64,000 nucleotides of DNA. Source: Caulobacter sp. (GTDB lineage Bacteria > Pseudomonadota > Alphaproteobacteria > Caulobacterales > Caulobacteraceae). Positions 29,882-38,760 of this stretch are shown here, one piece after another. The stretch spans positions 353 to 64,352 of the forward strand of contig JBEIDC010000005.1 of NCBI GenBank assembly GCA_040383665.1, read 5' to 3'. Every line of letters begins with the position of its first letter. The first letter of the stretch is position 1. The notes under the pieces are model-generated. The model had not been told where the DNA came from. It ran no database searches and saw only the letters and a list, made by a program, of their open reading frames with translations. The translations under genes were made by a program, and so were the position numbers.

Positions 29882-30097
29882 ACTGGGGAGTAGCCGGCTG
29901 CCCGGCGCGCCTTCAGGGAAGGTGGATACCGACTGACCGACCGGAAGGCGCGCCATCTTCAGGATCGGCGCGCGTCCGGGCGCAAAACCGGAAGCCACTT
30001 TTGCTGGACGCGCGACGGCAGCAGCGGGCGCGTCAACAAACTTGGAGCCCAAGGCTCCATGGCGCGCTCAGTCCGAGAGGACCTGGCGAGACCTTTG
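29882..30097 (+). ncRNA. yybP-ykoY manganese riboswitch with a long insertion
   Basis: GGGGAGTAGC (29885), CGTCAACAAAC (30031), GGCGAGACC (30085); upstream of a UPF0016 gene. Confidence 0.88.
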
Positions 30098-30176
30098 GCT
30101 TTCGCACGCGGCCAGCGGGGCCGAGGGTGCGGAACGCCAATGGTCTGTCTGCTCGGCCCCGCCAGGTGAATTGTTC

Positions 30177-30740
30177 ATGGAAGCCTTCCTCGTCTCAACC
30201 GGCCTCGTGGCCATCGCCGAGATCGGCGACAAGACCATGCTGCTGGCCATCGTGCTGGCGGCGCGGTTCCGCAAACCCTGGCCGATCCTGGCCGGAATCC
30301 TGGTCGCGACCCTGGCCAACCACGGCCTGGCCGCCACCATCGGCTCGGTGGCCGGCCACAGCCTGAACGGCCCCTGGATGAAGTGGGTTCTGGGGCTGCT
30401 GTTCATCGGCTTCGGAGCCTGGGCGCTCATCCCCGACAAGTTCGAGGACGACGAGGCGCCGTCCGCCGTGAGGGCCGGCTCCGTCTTTCTGACCACGGCG
30501 ATCGCCTTCTTCTTCGTCGAGATGGGCGACAAGACCCAGGTCGCGACCGTGGCCCTGGCGGCGAAGTTCCACAGCATCCTGCTGGTCGCGGCGGGCACGA
30601 CCCTGGGCATGATGATCGCCAACGCGCCGGCCGTCTGGATCGGGGAGGCGGCGGCCACGCGCCTGCCGCTGCGCTACATCCGCTGGACGGCGGCGGCCTG
30701 TTTTGCGGCCATCGGGCTGTGGATCCTGATCGCGGGCTGA
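30177..30740 (+). CDS. TMEM165/GDT1 (UPF0016) Mn/Ca exporter
   Basis: Duplicated EIGDKT / EMGDKTQ motifs. Confidence 0.95.
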   Translation: MEAFLVSTGLVAIAEIGDKTMLLAIVLAARFRKPWPILAGILVATLANHGLAATIGSVAGHSLNGPWMKWVLGLLFIGFGAWALIPDKFEDDEAPSAVRAGSVFLTTAIAFFFVEMGDKTQVATVALAAKFHSILLVAAGTTLGMMIANAPAVWIGEAAATRLPLRYIRWTAAACFAAIGLWILIAG

Positions 30741-30792
30741 CGAGGCGGCGACCGGCAGGCTATGGAAGGCCGACCCCAGCAAGGAGCCGGCC

Positions 30793-31080
30793 ATGCCCGC
30801 CTATGTCGTCCTGATCCGCGAGAAGACCACCGACGCCGCCGAGCTGGCCCTCTACGCCAGCACCGCCCGCGCCGCGCGGGGCGACCACCAGATCACGCCC
30901 GTCGCCTTCTACGGCGCCCAGCAGGTGCTGGAGGGGCCTGCGCCGGAGGGGGTCGCGATCCTGCAGTTCCCGTCGGCCGAGGCGGCCCGCGCCTGGTACT
31001 ACAGCCCCGCCTACCAGGAGGCGCTCAAGCACCGTATGGCCGGCGCCGCGTGCCGGGTCATCATCGTCGAGGGCGTCTAG
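30793..31080 (+). CDS. DUF1330 protein
   Basis: VLEG..PEGVAILQFPS...AWYYSPAYQ. Confidence 0.85.
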   Translation: MPAYVVLIREKTTDAAELALYASTARAARGDHQITPVAFYGAQQVLEGPAPEGVAILQFPSAEAARAWYYSPAYQEALKHRMAGAACRVIIVEGV

Positions 31081-31718
31081 GCGTCGAGCCACAGCGGCAG
31101 GCGGGGCGGGAGCGGGGCCTCCACCAGGGTGTCGACCAGACGTTCCGCCGGCGCCCAGCCATAACCGCTGACGGTGACCAGGTTGTGCGCCACACCCTGC
31201 AGGCCGCACAGCAGGGCCTGGGTTCGACCGTCGACATCGTCCGGCGACGCAGGCCCCCAGGCCCGGCGCATGAGGTCGAAGAACAGCGCGAACTGGTCGG
31301 CGGCCTCATCCACAAAGACGCTGACTTCGGGCTGGGTGACGCCCTCGGTCATGTAGACGACGCGATAGGTCTCCGGATGGTCGACCCAGTAGCGGACGTA
31401 GGCGCGTGAAACCGCCGCCAGCCGCTCGCCCGGGGATTCGATACCGGCCGCCAGCCGGCCCAGCGCGGTGAACAGCCCCTCGAACACCTCGGCCCAGATG
31501 TGGCGCAGGATGTCGGTCTTGCTGCCGAAGTAGCTGTACAGGGTCGCCGGCGTGCAGCCCGCCTCCTGGGCCATCCGGCGCATCGAGACCGAGGCATAGC
31601 CTTCCTCCCGGAACAGACGGATCGCCACGGCCGCGATCCGCGCCTGCGTGGCCTTCATGGCCTCGGCGGAGCGGGGCGGGCGCCCCCTCGGCCGGGTCGC
31701 GGTTGACTCAATGCTCAT
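31077..31718 (-). CDS. TetR/AcrR-family regulator
   Basis: RGRPP, LFREEGY, SMRRMAQEAG..PATLYSYFGSK. Confidence 0.9.
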   Translation of the reverse strand: MSIESTATRPRGRPPRSAEAMKATQARIAAVAIRLFREEGYASVSMRRMAQEAGCTPATLYSYFGSKTDILRHIWAEVFEGLFTALGRLAAGIESPGERLAAVSRAYVRYWVDHPETYRVVYMTEGVTQPEVSVFVDEAADQFALFFDLMRRAWGPASPDDVDGRTQALLCGLQGVAHNLVTVSGYGWAPAERLVDTLVEAPLPPRLPLWLDA

Positions 31719-31783
31719 CCCCAGTTATTTAGCACGCGTTCAATTTAATACAATGAGGCGCTCAGGCAGAGCAGAGGTCGAGG

Positions 31784-32218
31784 ATGCGACAGGGCATGGC
31801 ATTCAGTGAGATCGGCTTCCGGATCGCAATTCTGGCGGTCGGACTGGTGATCGTCTGGACAGGGCTCAACGTCGGTCTGGGCGGGATCGTCACCCTGGGC
31901 CTTCAGGGGCCGACCGACTTCCTGGCCGTCACCAACCCGCAGGCCTTCGCGGCCCAGGACAGCCATGTGCGGTTCCTGGGCGGCCTGTGGCTGGGGGTAG
32001 GGTTGCTGTTCGCCGCGGCGGCGTGGCGGCTGCGCGCGCTGAAGCCTGCGGTCCAGGCCGCGCTGGTGCTGATCGTCATCGGCGGGCTGGCGCGGTTCAG
32101 CGCCCTGCGGCCGGACGTGCTGTTTGGACCGCAGATCGTCGGCTCGTTCCTGGCCGAGGTGGCGCTGATGCCGCTGCTGCTCCTGTGGAGCACAAGGGTG
32201 GCCCGGCGGGGCGCCTAA
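31784..32218 (+). CDS. DUF4345 membrane protein
   Basis: DSHVRFLGG and GGLARF motifs. Confidence 0.8.
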   Translation: MRQGMAFSEIGFRIAILAVGLVIVWTGLNVGLGGIVTLGLQGPTDFLAVTNPQAFAAQDSHVRFLGGLWLGVGLLFAAAAWRLRALKPAVQAALVLIVIGGLARFSALRPDVLFGPQIVGSFLAEVALMPLLLLWSTRVARRGA

Positions 32219-32508
32219 CCGCCGAGCCCCTTGGCCAACAGGATGACGGCGGTCGAGCCGGCGTGGCGATCCGCGGCGATCGCCTGATAGGCGGGCGAGT
32301 CGAACCAGTCATGAAAGGCCGCTTCGTCCGGGAAACTCATCATCACAAGCCGGGTCGCAGTCCATTCGCCTTCGATGGCCCGGGGCGATTCGTCGACGGC
32401 CAGCAGGGTGCCGCTGAACTGGCTGAACACCGCCATGAACGCCGCCGAATAGCGGTCATAGGCTGCCCGGTCGCTGATGGTGATGTGGGCGACTCCGTAG
32501 ACGGCCAT
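32215..32508 (-). CDS. DUF1330 protein, second copy
   Basis: IEGEW..TRLVMMSFP...WFDSPAYQ. Confidence 0.85.
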   Translation of the reverse strand: MAVYGVAHITISDRAAYDRYSAAFMAVFSQFSGTLLAVDESPRAIEGEWTATRLVMMSFPDEAAFHDWFDSPAYQAIAADRHAGSTAVILLAKGLGG

Positions 32509-32514
32509 GGGCGG

Positions 32515-33513
32515 TCAGGCCGCCGTCTCGCGCGACGTGGCCGGACTGGCCGCGTTCAGGGCCGTCATGGCCGCGATCGAGGCATGGGCCTCGGCCATGA
32601 TGCGGCGGACGATGTCGCCGGCCGGCAGGACGTCGCGGACGCCCCCGGCGCTCTGGCCCATGGCGAAGCAGGACTTGTCCGGGTCCAGGCCCTCGATCTG
32701 GCCGCCGATGCCGCCCATGGCGTTGTTGCGGATGCTGATGCCCGCCTGGATCGGGAAGGGCTGGATGTCCTGCGGGCGGCTCTCCCAGTCCGCGACATAG
32801 GCGTTCTTCTGCACGCGCATCGGCTTGCCGCTGTAGCAGCGGGTGCGGACGGTGTCCTCGTCGGCCGCCGCCAGGATGGTCTGGCGGTAAAGGTCGCCGG
32901 CGTGGGCCTCGTCGCTGGCGATGAAGCGGGTCCCCATCCACACGCCCTGGGCGCCCAGCGCCAGGCTGGCGGCAAGGCCGCGACCGTCATGGAGGCCGCC
33001 GGCCCCCACCACGGGAATCTTCACCGCCTCGACCGCCTGGGCGATCAGCGGCAGGGTCCCGACCAGGCCCGTGTGCCCGCCGCCCTCGCCGCCCTGGCAG
33101 ATGACCGCATCGCAGCCGGCCTGCTCGGCCTTCACCGCGTGCTTCACCGCGCCGCAGACGACCATGACCTTCAGACCGGCCTTCTTGAGCTTCTCCATGA
33201 TCGGCATGGGGACGCCCAGGCCGGCGATGAAGGAGCTGGCGCCCTCCTCGATGATGATCTCGACGGCCGCCGTCAGGCTTTCGGGGCTGGCGGCCAGCAG
33301 GTCGACGCCGAACGGTCGGTCGGTCAGCGAGCGGACCTTGCGCATCTGCTCGCGGATGAACTCCGGCTGGGTGCCGGCCATGCCCAGCACGCCATAGCCC
33401 CCGGCGTTGCTCACCGCCGCCGCCAGCTCGGCGTAGGAGACCCCGCCCATGCCGGCCAGCAGGATCGGATGCTCGATGTCGAGCATGTCGCAGAGAGGGG
33501 TGCGCAGGGACAT
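32515..33513 (-). CDS. Nitronate monooxygenase / FabK-like flavoprotein
   Basis: PILLAGMG, QGGEGGGH, AGGLHDGRG, MGTRF. Confidence 0.9.
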   Translation of the reverse strand: MSLRTPLCDMLDIEHPILLAGMGGVSYAELAAAVSNAGGYGVLGMAGTQPEFIREQMRKVRSLTDRPFGVDLLAASPESLTAAVEIIIEEGASSFIAGLGVPMPIMEKLKKAGLKVMVVCGAVKHAVKAEQAGCDAVICQGGEGGGHTGLVGTLPLIAQAVEAVKIPVVGAGGLHDGRGLAASLALGAQGVWMGTRFIASDEAHAGDLYRQTILAAADEDTVRTRCYSGKPMRVQKNAYVADWESRPQDIQPFPIQAGISIRNNAMGGIGGQIEGLDPDKSCFAMGQSAGGVRDVLPAGDIVRRIMAEAHASIAAMTALNAASPATSRETAA

Positions 33514-33608
33514 GAGGGCGTTTCCTTGGTCTTGTTTGGAGGCATCATCGGTCAGTGCGGCCCCCCGCTCAACCATGACGCAGCGTCAGGTTCTTCGATC
33601 ACTCCCGC

Positions 33609-33736
33609 CGTCATGGCCCGACTTATTCGGGCCACCCATGCTTGGTGAGCGAGCCAGGAGGATACGGCGTCGGCGGCAGCATTCACCACCGAAGCCTTGG
33701 TGTTCCTGGGTGGCCCGGACGAGCCGGGCCATGACG
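33609..33736. repeat. CGTC-tagged REP doublet, family A, copy 3
   Basis: cgtcatggcccgacttattcgggccacccatg and tgggtggcccggacgagccgggccatgacg. Confidence 0.9.
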
Positions 33737-33772
33737 TGAACTCGGGGCGAGCGAGCTCACCCCTTCGTTCCG

Positions 33773-34555
33773 CTAGAACACCGCGTAACCGCCGTCGATG
33801 ACGAATGTGTCGCCGGAGTGGTAGCTGCTGGCGTCGGAGGCGAGGTAGACGGCTACGCCGCCGAAGTCGGCCGGCTCGCCCCAGCGGCGGGCGGGAACAC
33901 GGCTGATGACCTTGGTGGTGAAGGTGTCGTTGCCCTGGGCGCCGGCGGTCATGTCGGTGGCGATCCAGCCGGGCAGGACGGCGTTGGCGCGAACGCCGTA
34001 GCGCGCATGCTCGACAGCGATGGACTTCATCATCGAGATCACGCCGCCCTTGGTGGCGGCATAGGCCTCGTTGCGGGCGGCGCCTTCGATGGCGGCCAGC
34101 GAGGCGATGCCGATCAGCGAGCCGCCGGGATCGCCGGCCTTGGCCCGCTCGACCATGTGCTTGGCCGCCTCGCGCAGGGTCCAGAACACGCCGTCGAGGT
34201 TTAGCGCCATGTTGTAACGCCAGGCCTCCGTGGTCATTTCCGAGAAGGAGGCGGCGCCCCGTCCGCGGCCGGCGTTGGCGATCACCGTGTCGATACGGCC
34301 CATGGCCGTGGCGGCCTCCGCCATGCCGGCGACCACCTGGGCCTCGTCGGCGCAGTCGACGATCTGGGCCTTCACCCGAACGCCGTGGGCCAGGAGTCGG
34401 CCCTCGGCCGCCTGGGTCTTCTCGGGGTTGGAACCCCAGATCACGATGTCAGACCCCGACTGCGCCAGGGCCTCGGCCATGCCAAAGCCGATGCCGCCGT
34501 TGCCGCCGGTGATCAGCGAGACCTTTCCGGTCAGATCAAAGGGCTTGTAGGCCAT
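33773..34555 (-). CDS. SDR family oxidoreductase
   Basis: TGGNGGIG, NAG, YAATK. Confidence 0.92.
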   Translation of the reverse strand: MAYKPFDLTGKVSLITGGNGGIGFGMAEALAQSGSDIVIWGSNPEKTQAAEGRLLAHGVRVKAQIVDCADEAQVVAGMAEAATAMGRIDTVIANAGRGRGAASFSEMTTEAWRYNMALNLDGVFWTLREAAKHMVERAKAGDPGGSLIGIASLAAIEGAARNEAYAATKGGVISMMKSIAVEHARYGVRANAVLPGWIATDMTAGAQGNDTFTTKVISRVPARRWGEPADFGGVAVYLASDASSYHSGDTFVIDGGYAVF

Positions 34556-34619
34556 GGTGCGTCGCTTCCCGTTTTGAACGTCTGTTTGACGCACAAAAAG
34601 GCCGGTGACGCGGGGTTGG

Positions 34620-35057
34620 TCAAGCCGCGATGCGGTTGAAGGCCTGTTCGATGACGCGCCGGGTCTCGTCCCACTCGACGGCGGCCATGGCTTCGTCCCG
34701 GGTGAAGAAGCGGGCGTCGGCCGCGTCGTCGCCGGCCTTCGGCTCGCCGCCGGTCCAGCGGGCGGCATAGTCGATCATCACGTAGTGCCGGGTGGTCTCG
34801 CCGGTCTCGCGGGAAGTGAACACCCCGTCGACGACGTCCAGCAGACCGGTCAGCTCGGCCTCGACACCGGTCTCTTCCTTCAGTTCGCGCAGGGCGGCGG
34901 CGTCGACAGCCTCGCCCCACTCGATCCGCCCGCCGGGAAGGCTCCACTGGCCCAGCCGGGGCGGGGTGCCCCGCTTGATCAGCAGGACCTGGTCGCCCTT
35001 CAGGCAGACCACGCCGACGGTGGGGACGGGGCGCTGAACGGGGAGGGAGGCTGTCAC
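34620..35057 (-). CDS. NUDIX hydrolase
   Basis: PGGRIEWGE...AALRELKEETG Nudix box. Confidence 0.93.
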   Translation of the reverse strand: MTASLPVQRPVPTVGVVCLKGDQVLLIKRGTPPRLGQWSLPGGRIEWGEAVDAAALRELKEETGVEAELTGLLDVVDGVFTSRETGETTRHYVMIDYAARWTGGEPKAGDDAADARFFTRDEAMAAVEWDETRRVIEQAFNRIAA

Positions 35058-36100
35058 AGGAATTCGGCTCGCAAGTCGACGGTCGACTCAACGCCGACGG
35101 ATTTCAGATGGGCGTCCAGCCATGCGTCGGCGGCCTTGCGGCCCCGGTCGCGCAGTCCGGTGAGGAAGGCCCAGTCGGTAGCGAACTTCGAGGCCATGGA
35201 CAGGTCGCTAAGGTGACCGTCTGCGGTGATGGCGTGCATGCGCAACCGGCGGTACCGGCCGCGGGCGGTCTCCTTCAGCATGCCCTCGTCGAGCAGTTTC
35301 TGGACAAAGGCCACGGCGCGCAGCTCGGCGGACAGAGCGGCGTTGAAGGTGATCTCGTTCAGGCGGTCCATGATCTCGCCCGGCGATTTGGGCGCCTCCT
35401 CGCGCACGAACGGATTGAGCGTGATGACCAGCACGTCGTCGGGGGTGTCGGCATAGACCAGCGGCCAGATCGGTGGATTGGCCAGATAGCCGCCGTCCCA
35501 GTAGGGCTCGCCGTCGATCTCGACCGCGTGGAAGAGGGTCGGCAGGCAGGCCGAGGCCAGCAGGTGGTCAATGGTCAGCTCTTCCCGCCCGAAGATGCGG
35601 GCCTTGCCGGTGCGCACGCCGGTCGCGGCGATGAACAGCGCGATCGGGCAATGGTCGCGGAGGGCGGCCATGTCGACCGACTTCTCCAGCACCTCGCGCA
35701 TCGGGTTCAGATTGAACGGATTGAACTCGTAGGGACTCATGCTGGCCCCGAGGCTCTCGGCCCAGCGCCAGGCCGGGGTCGCCTTCAGCCAGTCCGGCTG
35801 CAGGATCGCCGACCATACCCTGGAGTCGCCGAAGATGGTCCCGTTGCGGCTGTCGGCGTTGCTGACTGCGCGCCAGAACTTCGCCAGCGTGGCCTTGGCG
35901 CCCTCGCGGCCGCCGGTCGCCAGGCCGCTGGCCAGGGCGGCGGCGTTCATGGCCCCGGCCGAGGCGGCGGTGACCGCGCCGATCTCCAGCCCGTCCTCCT
36001 CGAGCAGCCGCTCGATCACGCCCCACTCGAAGGCGCCGTGCGAGCCCCCGCCCTGCAGCGCCAGGCTGATGGACCGGGGGCTGGCCGGGCGCGGCTTCAC
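35054..36100 (-). CDS. Patatin-like esterase (candidate PHB depolymerase)
   Basis: GGGSHGA, AASAGA (G-x-S-x-G variant), WDGG; GTG start overlaps the bdhA stop. Confidence 0.88.
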   Translation of the reverse strand: MKPRPASPRSISLALQGGGSHGAFEWGVIERLLEEDGLEIGAVTAASAGAMNAAALASGLATGGREGAKATLAKFWRAVSNADSRNGTIFGDSRVWSAILQPDWLKATPAWRWAESLGASMSPYEFNPFNLNPMREVLEKSVDMAALRDHCPIALFIAATGVRTGKARIFGREELTIDHLLASACLPTLFHAVEIDGEPYWDGGYLANPPIWPLVYADTPDDVLVITLNPFVREEAPKSPGEIMDRLNEITFNAALSAELRAVAFVQKLLDEGMLKETARGRYRRLRMHAITADGHLSDLSMASKFATDWAFLTGLRDRGRKAADAWLDAHLKSVGVESTVDLRAEFL

Positions 36101-36888
36101 GCCGCCGTCCAGCCGCCATCCACGGTCAGGGCCGCGCCGTTCACCGAGGCGCCGGCGTCGGAGACGAGGTACAGAAGCAGTCCGCCCAACTGTTCGACGG
36201 TGACGAACTGCTTGGTCGGCTGGGCGGCCAGGATGACGTCGCGCATGACGGCCTCCTCGCTGACGCCGCGCGCCTTCGCCTGGTCGGTGATCTGGGCCTC
36301 GACCAGCGGGGTCTTCACGTAGCCCGGGCAGATGGCGTTCACGGTGACGCCCTGCTGCGCCACTTCCAGCGCCGCGGACTTGGTGAAGCCGATCACGCCG
36401 TGCTTGGCGGCGACATAGGCGCTCTTGAACGGCGAGGCGACCAGGCCGTGGGCCGAGGCGATGTTGACCACTCGCCCCCGGCCGGCGGCCTTCATCGGCG
36501 GCAAGGCCGCCTTGGTGGCGTGGAAGGTCGAGGTCAGGTTGATGGCGATGATCCGGTCCCACTGCTCGACCGGGAACTCGTCCACCGGCGCGACATGCTG
36601 GATGCCGGCGTTGTTGACCAGGATGTCGAGGCGGCCGAAGGCGCTACGGGTCGAGGAGACCATGTCGGCGATGCGCAGCGGCTGGGTCATGTCGGCGTTG
36701 TGGTAGAGCACCTCGACGCCGTTACGGGCCGACAGGCCGGCCCGCGTGGCTTCAATGCCCTCGGGGTCACCCAGTCCGTTCAGGACGATGTTCACGCCTT
36801 GCTGGGCGAGCGCCTCGGCCAGGCCGAGCCCGATTCCGCTGGTCGACCCGGTGATGATGGCGACCTGGCCCCTGAGCCCGTAGTCCAT
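36097..36888 (-). CDS. bdhA: 3-hydroxybutyrate dehydrogenase
   Basis: TGSTSGIG, NAGIQH, SAHGLVASPFKSAYVAAKHG. Confidence 0.93.
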   Translation of the reverse strand: MDYGLRGQVAIITGSTSGIGLGLAEALAQQGVNIVLNGLGDPEGIEATRAGLSARNGVEVLYHNADMTQPLRIADMVSSTRSAFGRLDILVNNAGIQHVAPVDEFPVEQWDRIIAINLTSTFHATKAALPPMKAAGRGRVVNIASAHGLVASPFKSAYVAAKHGVIGFTKSAALEVAQQGVTVNAICPGYVKTPLVEAQITDQAKARGVSEEAVMRDVILAAQPTKQFVTVEQLGGLLLYLVSDAGASVNGAALTVDGGWTAA

Positions 36889-36911
36889 GTCGTACGCTGC
36901 CTTGTCATTTC

Positions 36912-36928
36912 ATGTTGCAGCGCAGCAT
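36912..36928. promoter_or_regulatory. Putative PhaR (AniA) operator upstream of bdhA
   Basis: ATGTTGC-AGC-GCAGCAT near-palindrome containing TGCAGCGCAGCA (fits TGCRNYGCASMA). Confidence 0.6.
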
Positions 36929-36981
36929 AAACGACCGCGCCGCCGACCGCGAGGGCATATAATTCACCCGAAGGCGAATTG

Positions 36982-37758
36982 TCAGGCAGGCGGGGTGTAC
37001 GGACGATGAAACACCCAGTCGGCTTCCGAGGACAGGTCCTTGCGCCAGGCATAGCCCGCGACGTCGAACGCCTTCAGGTCGGTCGCCTTCTCGATGCGGT
37101 TGTCGATGGCGTAGCGGGCCATGAGGCCGCGGGCCTTCTTGGCGAAGAAGCTGATCTGGCGGGCCGCGCCGTCCTTCTCCTCGAAGAAGCGGCAGGTGAC
37201 GACGGGCAGCGTCAGGGCCTTTGCGTCGACGGCGCCGAAATACTCCTGGCTGGCCAGGTTGATCAGGGTCCTGTCCCTGTGCCCCTCGGCGGCGGCGTTG
37301 AGCTCGCGCGCGATCCGGTCGCCCCAGAAGTCGTAGAGACTCTTGCCACGGCTGGTCTTCAGTCGCGTGCCCATCTCCAGCCGATAGGGCTGGATGGCGT
37401 CGGCCGGCCGAAGCAGGCCGTAGAGGCCCGACAGGATGCGCAGCCGGTCCTGGGCCCAGGCGAAGGCCCTTGCGTCGAGCGTGCGGGCCGAGAGGCCGGC
37501 GTAGACGTCGCCGTTGAAGGCGATGGCCGCCTGCAGTCCCTCCTCGACCGAGGGGTCGAAGGCCTGGAAGCGCTCATGGTTCAGCGTCGCCAACGCCTCG
37601 GACAGATCCATCAGCTTGCGCACCTCGGACACCCGCAGCTTGCGGGTCACCGCGTCCAGCGCGGCGATATCGTCCTTCAGGACCGGAGTGGTCAGGGGCA
37701 GGGTCCGGTCGGGCGGGGTGAAGTCCAGCGCCTTGGCGGGAGAGATGACGAACAGCAT
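36982..37758 (-). CDS. yaaA: Peroxide stress protein YaaA (UPF0246)
   Basis: ISPAKALD, LSGLYGLLRP, YRLEMG, NLASQEY, KKARG. Confidence 0.93.
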   Translation of the reverse strand: MLFVISPAKALDFTPPDRTLPLTTPVLKDDIAALDAVTRKLRVSEVRKLMDLSEALATLNHERFQAFDPSVEEGLQAAIAFNGDVYAGLSARTLDARAFAWAQDRLRILSGLYGLLRPADAIQPYRLEMGTRLKTSRGKSLYDFWGDRIARELNAAAEGHRDRTLINLASQEYFGAVDAKALTLPVVTCRFFEEKDGAARQISFFAKKARGLMARYAIDNRIEKATDLKAFDVAGYAWRKDLSSEADWVFHRPYTPPA

Positions 37759-37873
37759 GGGCGGGGAGATAGGCCGTCGCCCTGCGGAAGGCCAGTCGTT
37801 CCGGGCTTTACGACGACGCTTGCCGATCACGTTGCCGATGGGCGAGGATCGACGCCTCTTCAGGAGGCCGGTC

Positions 37874-38338
37874 ATGCAGTGTCGATCCTTTGTTCTCGCC
37901 ATCACCGGAGCCCTGGTTCTGGCGGCCTGCAGCCTGCCGACCGCCGACAAGGAGGCCGACGCCAAGGCTAGGGCGCTCTACGAGCAGATCCGGACCGGGG
38001 CCGACCTGTCCGCCAACGCCGATCTGGCGCCAGAGCTGCGCACCCCGGCGGCGCTGGCCCAGCTGGCGGCGGTCAAGGGCGCCCTGCCGGCGGGGACGCC
38101 CGCAGCGGTCGCCAACCGCAGCTGGAGCCTGAGCGCCGGTACGGGCGGAACCAAGGCCACGCTGATCCACGCCTACAGCTATTCGTCGGCGACCGTGGTG
38201 ACCGAGACGGTTCTCGCCAAGGGGGACGACAGGCTCTGGAAGATCACCGGCTTCCATGTCCGGCTGGCGCCCCCCGGTTCGCCCGGGCAGCGCAAGGCTC
38301 CGGCCGTGACGGTCGAGGACCAGCCGAAGGACGTCTGA
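37874..38338 (+). CDS. Hypothetical lipoprotein
   Basis: RBS aggagg; lipobox LAAC. Confidence 0.75.
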   Translation: MQCRSFVLAITGALVLAACSLPTADKEADAKARALYEQIRTGADLSANADLAPELRTPAALAQLAAVKGALPAGTPAAVANRSWSLSAGTGGTKATLIHAYSYSSATVVTETVLAKGDDRLWKITGFHVRLAPPGSPGQRKAPAVTVEDQPKDV

Positions 38339-38760
38339 TGCGCGGGCTGGTCGCACCGCTGGCCGCAGCGGCGGTTCTGGTCGCCGGCCCGGCCGACGCC
38401 GCGCTCCGGGAGCGCGAGGGTCTGGTCTGTCACGACCTGGTCGTCATCGGCGAGGTGAAGGCCTACGGCGCGTTCATGAGCTACTACGAGATGGACCCGG
38501 AGCCCGATCCGGAGGCCATCTATGTCGGCGGCCGCTTTGATCTGACCGTACGCGTTGAGGAGGTGATCAATGGTCGCCTGGGTCCGAGCGACATCACGGT
38601 CCGCGCGCTGATGGGCTCGGCCTACCGGCTGCCGAGAACCATGCTGTTCTACCTCCAGAAGGAGGAGCGGGGCAGCTACTGGGCCGTTGACTGGAAGGTT
38701 TTCGACGAACGTGGCCGCGTCGAGACCCCGGACGATCCGTCCCCTCGCTGTCAGTCCTAG
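38338..38760 (+). CDS. Hypothetical secreted protein
   Basis: Signal peptide; TGATG coupling to the upstream gene. Confidence 0.6.
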   Translation: MRGLVAPLAAAAVLVAGPADAALREREGLVCHDLVVIGEVKAYGAFMSYYEMDPEPDPEAIYVGGRFDLTVRVEEVINGRLGPSDITVRALMGSAYRLPRTMLFYLQKEERGSYWAVDWKVFDERGRVETPDDPSPRCQS

